A stretch of 64,000 nucleotides of DNA from contig NW_005202176.1 of NCBI RefSeq assembly GCF_000372725.1, forward strand, positions 42,240-106,239. The letters run 5' to 3'. The notes beneath the pieces were generated by a model. The model had not been told where the DNA came from. It did not search any database and saw nothing but the letters and a program-made list of their open reading frames with translations. The stretch comes from Emiliania huxleyi CCMP1516. Lineage: Eukaryota. How positions within the stretch are numbered: the stretch's first letter is position 1; every line of letters starts with the position of its first letter. Positions 58,036 through 64,000 of this stretch are shown piece after piece. Both the position numbers and the translations under genes were made by a program.

Positions 58036-58164
58036 TGGTCCACGGAGTGCCGCTCGACCTCGAGCCGCGCTGGCCTCAAGCGCAGAGAGGCAACCCGCAG
58101 CAAAAGAAAAAAAGTCTTACGGCAAAACTCCCTCGCACAACACTGTCTTATCTTGCGCCGCCTG

Positions 58165-58272
58165 AGGGTAGGCGACGGCTAACACCACACTTCTCCCCTA
58201 AAATCCCTGTGTGGTGGCGGCGTACCGTCCTCCCATCCCTCCCTTGGGTTGTCTGTTTTCGTTCTTTCTTTC
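58165..58272 (-). repeat. Hairpin repeat copy C
   Basis: Reverse complement of copies A/B; substitutions retain pairing. Confidence 0.85.
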
Positions 58273-58576
58273 TTCTGCCGCCTTTTTTGCCGGTTCACGG
58301 AGCTTTTTTGCTAATAACACGAGCTTCTTTTTCTCGACGACCGTTTTTCTGCCGCCTTTTTTGCCGGTGTATGCACGAGCTCCGCGTCCGGGCGCTGCCG
58401 CCACCGGGAGCGGCGGCGGGGAGCGGAGGGCGGACGATCGTGTACTCTCTGTTTACATTTCCGCGGCGCCCCTACCGCTCGCCTGCGCCCTGATCGTCCT
58501 TCCAAAATCCTGCTCGTGCAGGTGTGGACCCTGTCTGGGCCTGTATATACTTTTCCGTACAGTGTTGTGTGTCCGT

Positions 58577-58808
58577 TAGCTCCGAGTAGAGGGGGCGTTC
58601 TGCAGTTAAGGGGAAACCCGGTACACGGAACTAACCCTCGGAGACCCGTGTTTACTTTACGGCCCTTGCCCTACGAACGCGCACCCCCCGGGGCTAGGGC
58701 TCTCTTGCCCGCAACCCGATGCCGATCATCCGGCCCGCTGGGTGCGCTTCTCAGCTCCCCGGCCCTGGATGTGAGGTTACCGACCGCACTCCCAAGTGCT
58801 CCAAGTGC
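58577..58808 (+). mobile_element. SINE-like family B, second copy
   Basis: Homologous to 50296-50538. Confidence 0.75.
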
Positions 58809-59296
58809 CCCCCCGCCGCCCGCGCGGCTCCAAGTGCCCTCCGAGGAAGAATTTTTGCGATGGAATTGGCGGCGATAATGTGTGCCCAGACATCACATAA
58901 ATCAAGGAGTTTCTGTGTAAGCGGGAGAGGTGCGTGGCGCGTGGAGAGGAGAGTTGCGTGCGGGGGGGGCTTCCATCGTCACTCCCGAGCTCCGAGCAGC
59001 GAGCTCGTGCGCTCTCCGCGCCACTTTGTGTAACAATCAACGAGTCTCTCCTGGGTCACTCGTACGCCGACATAGACTCAAAACAAACCACGCCCGTCAC
59101 ACATGCAACTGTAAACACGGGCAATGTCGTCTCGCTCTCCCTCTCGCGTCTCGGCTCTACGACTACGTTCCCCAGTAACCGCTCTATCGCCGGCGGCGCC
59201 ACCTCTCTACGGCTCTACGCGGCGCTCTCTGGGCTTCGCGCACCGCTGCGGTAGGCCACAAAGAATGTGAAAAACGCACCTCAGCCCAACCGCACC

Positions 59297-60976
59297 TCAG
59301 CCCTGCGTGCGGTTCCCCTTGAGCTCCGCCACCTGGTCGAGCGCGTCGCCGAGCAGCCCCTTGGCCACGCCGAGGTCGCGCAGCTGCTCCACGCCGCCGC
59401 TCGCCCGCACCTCGGCGGCGTTGTCGGCCACGTAGCGGCGGCACTGCGCGAGGAGCCGCCCATCGCCCGTCATGTGCGCCGCCTCGAGCAGCGGCACGGC
59501 GCTCGCCGGCCCGACGCTCTCCTGCAGCGCCTGCGCGCAGAGCAGCTCGAGGCGCGGCACCTGGTACATCTGCGCCAGCTGCCGCAGGTCGAGCGCGCGC
59601 TGCGCTCTGCCGCCCCCCTCCTCGCCGAGGTCGAGCTGGTCGGTGCAGAGGTAGCGGACGAGGGCGGTGAAGGTGGCGAGGTCCGTGTTGCGCACCGTGA
59701 CCTCGGCGGCGTCGCGCTCCTTCATGCCGATGCCGAACATGGTCCGAAAGAACACGGACCGCACGCAGAGGACGCACTTGCTCACGTGCTCGTAGCGCTC
59801 CTCGTCATCGCCGACGATGAAGGTGACCTTGCCCTCTGGGAGGGAGGCGTCGCCACAAGTCTTTCCGAGGTCGGCCACCAGGGTCGAGGGCGGCACCACA
59901 ATCGGCGCGAAGGTGGGAGGCGGAGGAGGCGCCGACACGCAAACCTGGCGGAGGCCACCGTCTTTCGTGCAAACCAGCAGCGTGCTGCCGTCGGCGCTGA
60001 CGGCGACGCCGAGTGGGTTGCGGAACTGCGCCGTGCCGCCCACGCCATCGGCACTGCCCTCGGTGCCGCTGCCAGCGAGCGTCGTCACCGCGCCCGTCGC
60101 CACCTCGACCCGCCGGATCTTGTGGTTGTTGGCGTCTGTCACAAACAGCGCGCTGCCGTCCGGGCTGATGGCGACGTCGCTTGGGAGGTGGAACTGCGCC
60201 GCGCCGCCCACGCCGTCAGTGCTGCCGCGAGTGCCGCTGCCCGCGAGAGTGGTCACCGCACCAGTCGCCACCTCCACCCGGCGGATCTTGTGGTTGCCGA
60301 AGTCCGCCACAAACATAGCGCTGCCGTCCGGGCTAATGGCGACGTCGATTGGGCTGTAGAACTGCGCCGCGCCGCCCACGCCATCAGTGCTGCCCTCGGT
60401 GCCGCTGCCCACGAGCGTCGTCACCGCGCCCGTCGCCACCTCCACCCGCCGGATCTTGTGGTTGTGTGAGTCAGCCACAAACAGAGCGCTGCTGTCTGGG
60501 CTGATGGCGACGCCGCTTGGGACAGTGAACTGCGCCGCGCCGCCCACGCCTTCAGCACTGCCCACGGTGCCGCTGCCCGCGAGAGTGGTCACCGCGCCCG
60601 TCGCCACCTCCACCCGGCGGATCTTGTGGTTGAACATGTCCGCCACAAACAGCGCGCTGGCGTCCGGGCTAATGGCGATGCCGCGGAGGCTGGCGTCCTC
60701 CAGGCTTGCCACGCTGCGAACTCGGCCGGCCGCAGAGACGTGCAGCACCGAGCCCTTGCTCCCGACGTACCAAGCGCCCGCGCGATCGCTTGTGACGCCG
60801 AGTGGTTTGATCGATGCCAGAGGGCCGTCCTCGCCCTCGAGCGGCAGCGTGGTGACCTGGCCGACGACGGGCGCGCCAAAGAGGGGCGCCTCGAAGCCAT
60901 CCGCGACCGCCGCAGCCCCGTCCGATTCGCCGTCCTCGCCGGCGGTGCGGGCGCGCTTGCGGGCGGCGGACGCCAT
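59297..60976 (-). CDS. NHL-repeat beta-propeller + BTB/POZ(-BACK) protein, intronless
   Basis: Four near-identical 56-aa repeats (VAISPDGSALFVAD..NHKIRRVEVATGAVTTLAGSG); VTFIVG..VSKCVLCVRSVFFRTMF..GMKE..F.ALVRYLCTD. Confidence 0.92.
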   Translation of the reverse strand: MASAARKRARTAGEDGESDGAAAVADGFEAPLFGAPVVGQVTTLPLEGEDGPLASIKPLGVTSDRAGAWYVGSKGSVLHVSAAGRVRSVASLEDASLRGIAISPDASALFVADMFNHKIRRVEVATGAVTTLAGSGTVGSAEGVGGAAQFTVPSGVAISPDSSALFVADSHNHKIRRVEVATGAVTTLVGSGTEGSTDGVGGAAQFYSPIDVAISPDGSAMFVADFGNHKIRRVEVATGAVTTLAGSGTRGSTDGVGGAAQFHLPSDVAISPDGSALFVTDANNHKIRRVEVATGAVTTLAGSGTEGSADGVGGTAQFRNPLGVAVSADGSTLLVCTKDGGLRQVCVSAPPPPPTFAPIVVPPSTLVADLGKTCGDASLPEGKVTFIVGDDEERYEHVSKCVLCVRSVFFRTMFGIGMKERDAAEVTVRNTDLATFTALVRYLCTDQLDLGEEGGGRAQRALDLRQLAQMYQVPRLELLCAQALQESVGPASAVPLLEAAHMTGDGRLLAQCRRYVADNAAEVRASGGVEQLRDLGVAKGLLGDALDQVAELKGNRTQG

Positions 60977-61134
60977 GCAGGAACCAACGCACCAACGCCA
61001 AGGGCTGGATTCGGGTCCAGGACTTGGTGTGGCACTTCTTTGAGCGCCTAGAAAACTAACTCACTTGGAAGGCTCGAGAAGTTCCCCATGTGCAGTAAGG
61101 CGCGCGCGCACATGCACAACAACACCAAAAAACT

Positions 61135-61300
61135 AAAAAGTCCACGTCGCCGGTTCCGGTCGCAGCACCTTTGCCAGCGCCCGCAGCGTGGCCCACACCT
61201 TTCGCGGCGTGCTGATCGACACGCGGTCGCCCCCCGCGCTCAGGTTGTCGAAGCCGCGGCGCGCGAGCTCCGTCAGATAGTCGCGGTACAACTCGACCTG
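61135..61300 (-). pseudogene. Isolated exon-like gene fragment inside the hairpin-flanked cassette
   Basis: cacacag|gtcgag acceptor followed by host-like codons VELYRDYLTELARRGFDNLSAGGDRVSISTPRKVW; no gene context. Confidence 0.35.
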
Positions 61301-61500
61301 TGTGCATGCAACTACAGCTCGAGCTGGTGTGTGCAGTGTGTGCATGGATGCAACTTCTCGAGTGTCCGTGCGTGCGATCTGGGCGACTGGGCCCCGGGGA
61401 TGTGCTTTTGTGTAGTGCATGCACACAGAGTCTCAGAACTCTCTCAGAACGAGGCCGAGGAGAGCGATGAGTCAGAGGATGAAACAGCAGGAGAGAGAAC

Positions 61501-61690
61501 GACGATAACGGGAAGAACGCGAGGTGGCATGAAGGTCGCTGCGAGAATTGGCGAGGGAAGACTCTGCGAAGAGAGATAGGAAGAGGCAGACGCCCAAGGG
61601 TGGGCGACGGCTAGCACCCCACTCCCCTCCTTAAAATCCCTGTGTGGTGGCGGCGTGCCGTCCTCCCAGATCCCTCCCTTGGCTTCTCTT
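61501..61690 (-). repeat. Hairpin repeat copy D (core 61593-61683) plus extension shared with copy A
   Basis: Reverse complement continues ..cccttgggcgtctgcctcttcctatctctcttcgcag..ccttcatgccacctcgcg, as at 3931-4008. Confidence 0.85.
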
Positions 61691-62580
61691 TTTTTGACAC
61701 GACAAGGGCGCAGCCTGGGAGAGAGATTTTTGAAAACCAACAAGAAATCACGCCTCTCACAGTGATTTGGGCTCGGCAGCTTGTCAGCCCTTCGAGTCAG
61801 CCCTCAGCCGAAGCTGGGGCCGGTCCCGTAGCCGAGAGAGCCCGCGTCGATGAGTTCGACGTGGTCGGGGGGCCTTGCGGAGAGGCCAGCGAGTTGGCGA
61901 TCGCTGTACTTCATGGGGGTCATCAAGTGACCGCGACTGACAAGCCAGAGGTCGATACTCTGGACGACCCATTGGATGCCACGAATGCCTGAAGGAGAGG
62001 GAGGCGAGGCCAGAGGCAGACTCAGCTGCTCTCGGGTGATCTCGCTTTGGGAGAGAGAGACAGACAGAGAGATTTTTTTTCGCTTTGGTGGCTGAAGGCC
62101 CGATGGTCCTGTCATTCGCGTTCCGAGTCGTGGGGGTAGAAGATTGCGGGGGGGGGGGGGGGGGGTCGTGTCAGCACTTCCTTGAAGTACAGCGGACCGC
62201 CAGGCTCGCCGGCAGCATCCGCAGGGAGGCAGCATATCAGGCACCAGTCTTCTGGATGGAGAGCTTGACACGAGCCACAGCCGCGGTTCTTTGAGAGACT
62301 GAGAGAGAGCTTTCGGTTCTTTCGGACTGGCGGAGACAAAAGAAAAGTTTTGAGTTGTTCATACCGTCGTCCCCCTGCCTGTGTCCCTGATCGTCCTTCC
62401 AAGCACCTGCTTTTATTTCTACTCTCGTGAGCTGTGAACAGACGCACTTGCCTTCGGGGGCAAGTACCCAAATCCGCTAGGTTGGGCGTGCTTTCACAGC
62501 ATCGCGCGAGTATTTTATTTCCCGTCGTGCAGCACTGTCGACGGCGTCCACTGTGACCGCAACCCGACCTGGATACACAT

Positions 62581-64000
62581 ATGCCCTCCTTCGGCGGCGG
62601 CACTCGGCGCCGCCTCGCTGCCTTCCCAGGCGCCAGTGTTCCTCGCGGCGCCGGCACGCGCCAGCTCCTGACCACCGTGATTGCTCTCTTGGGCGTCGCG
62701 CTCCTCCTCCTCCAGGCGTCCTCCGTTTTCACGCCTAGGAATCCTACACGGATTGCACCCGAGCCCTCACCCCGCGTGGAAGCAAAGCACGGATTGCATC
62801 CTCGCTTTCCTCGCGTCCTCGTGCCGATAGCGGCGAACCGCACCGGCAACTCATCGCCGGGCGCACCAGGACCGGCGGTCGTCCTCGGCGGGCCTTACCT
62901 CGTCCTCGGCGTCGCGACCGCGCCGCGCAACACGGGCCACCGGCAGTGGATCCGCGAGACGTGGATGAGCCTGCCCAACATCGCTCGAGGCATCGACGAC
63001 GACGCGACGCTCGCGGAGCTCAAGGCCCTCGGGGCCACGGCGGTGCGCGCATCGGCCTCGCCAACCTCCAGCGTGCGGACCTTCTTCCTCGTCGGAGCGG
63101 CGGTCGCCGCCGCAGACCTCGCCGAGGAGCAGGCGCGGGAGAGGGACATCGTCGGGGTGGACGCGCGGGAGACGAAGCCGCCGGGCGAGAAGATGTTTGC
63201 CTTCTTCCAGCTCTGCGCGAGAGCCTTTGCCCGCACCTCCCGATGGTGCATCAAGACAGGTGTGCCCCCGCCTCCGCCTCCCCCTCACTCGCCTCCTCCT
63301 CCTCTTCCGCCGCCGCCGCCTCCGCCTCTGCATCCTCCGCCTCCCCCCCTCCCCCCCCCCCCCTCCGGCCGTGGCCATGCAGCATGGCCTATCACTAAGT
63401 CGAGCATCGCCCGCTCGACAGATGACGACACGTACGTGCACTCGGTCCGACTCGAGCTCAACCTGCGAAGCCTGTGGGACTCGACGCCGCCGCAGGAGAC
63501 CTCCCCGCGGGCGGCGTCGCCGGCGGCGGCACCACCGGCGTCAGCCGGCGGCGGCGTGGCCGATCGCTCGACGGGCGGCGGCGCGGGCGGCGGCGCAGGC
63601 GGCGGCGCGGGCGGCGGCGCGGTGTACGTGTACGGCGGCGCGACGCTGTGGGCGTCGTACGTCAAGCGGTCCTTCCACGTGTGCGGGCACGGGATGGGCC
63701 CGATGATGGCGGCGGGCGCGTCCAGGACAGAGGGGTGCGCGGCGCAGGGGGCCGTCGGCCCCTTCCCGTATGCCGCGGGCGCGCTCGAGGTGCTGTCGAT
63801 GCCGCTGGCGCGCTGTGAACAGCGTCTCTTCACAGCACGCCGCTGTGAACAGGCACGCTCGAGGTGCTGTCGATGCCGCTGGCGCGCTGGGTCGTGTCTC
63901 AGCCGGCGGTGGTCGAGTTTGTGCGCCGCGCGCGCGGCAGCGGCGTCCCCTCAAAGTGGGACATCGGTGCGCGCGGGGGGGCGACATTGGGACTGGGGAA
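62581..64000 (+). CDS. GT31 (Galactosyl_T) beta-1,3-glycosyltransferase, type II membrane; runs off the window; introns 63260-63421 and 63779-63852
   Basis: TM LLTTVIALLGVALLLL; LGVATAP....RQWIRETW; FFLVG; IKT|DDDTYVH; FPYAAG|TLEVLS; absent from the supplied ORF track. Confidence 0.88.
   Translation, partial: MPSFGGGTRRRLAAFPGASVPRGAGTRQLLTTVIALLGVALLLLQASSVFTPRNPTRIAPEPSPRVEAKHGLHPRFPRVLVPIAANRTGNSSPGAPGPAVVLGGPYLVLGVATAPRNTGHRQWIRETWMSLPNIARGIDDDATLAELKALGATAVRASASPTSSVRTFFLVGAAVAAADLAEEQARERDIVGVDARETKPPGEKMFAFFQLCARAFARTSRWCIKTGVPPPPPPPHSPPPPLPPPPPPPLHPPPPPLPPPPSGRGHAAWPITKSSIARSTDDDTYVHSVRLELNLRSLWDSTPPQETSPRAASPAAAPPASAGGGVADRSTGGGAGGGAGGGAGGGAVYVYGGATLWASYVKRSFHVCGHGMGPMMAAGASRTEGCAAQGAVGPFPYAAGALEVLSMPLARCEQRLFTARRCEQARSRCCRCRWRAGSCLSRRWSSLCAARAAAASPQSGTSVRAGGRHWDWG

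Noticed and set aside
60040..60680. 168-bp tandem repeats as a possible array or diversity-generating cassette
   Set aside because: In-frame NHL protein repeats; no adenine-specific variation pattern or adjacent RT seen

Overview
Eukaryotic, very GC-rich draft-assembly DNA with three 100-N gaps. Its style (short ~70-nt introns with frequent GC/GA donors, expanded ankyrin, F-box and NHL-BTB families) suggests a haptophyte alga such as Emiliania/Gephyrocapsa huxleyi; this is inference only. Recognisable genes: an AlkB-type membrane diiron monooxygenase, an ankyrin protein, an atypical cytochrome P450-fold protein, an Imp1/2 peptidase, a ~15-kb DNA-PKcs gene, a telobox-Myb (TRF-like) protein, an F-box protein, a Ser/Thr kinase, a Cys/Asp-repeat membrane protein, PPIL4/CYP59, an NHL-BTB protein and a GT31 glycosyltransferase. 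Three unusual systems stand out. (1) A 3.8-kb insertion (45206-49011) has every structural mark of a non-LTR retrotransposon (11-bp TSD, 3' (TATT)n tail, 5' truncation, RNase H, CCHC finger), yet the polymerase in the visible ORF is a family-A-like (TV-Pol) domain and no reverse transcriptase is seen. A diverged 3' end of a relative lies at ~1055-1143. (2) Many introns start with a ~25-37-nt copy of the downstream exon start, followed by a short 3'-splice module (a recurring ~38-nt CTTCAC...GCTGTGAACAG element, or telomeric CCCTAA repeats). This points to ongoing intron gain by duplication plus insertion. (3) A ~90-nt imperfect hairpin occurs as direct repeats bracketing two ~3.4-kb single-gene cassettes. 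Also present are a PIF/Harbinger-type non-autonomous element with a TTA TSD and two SINE-like families with (AAGTGCTC)-type tails. All domain calls were made by eye from motifs; no searches were run.
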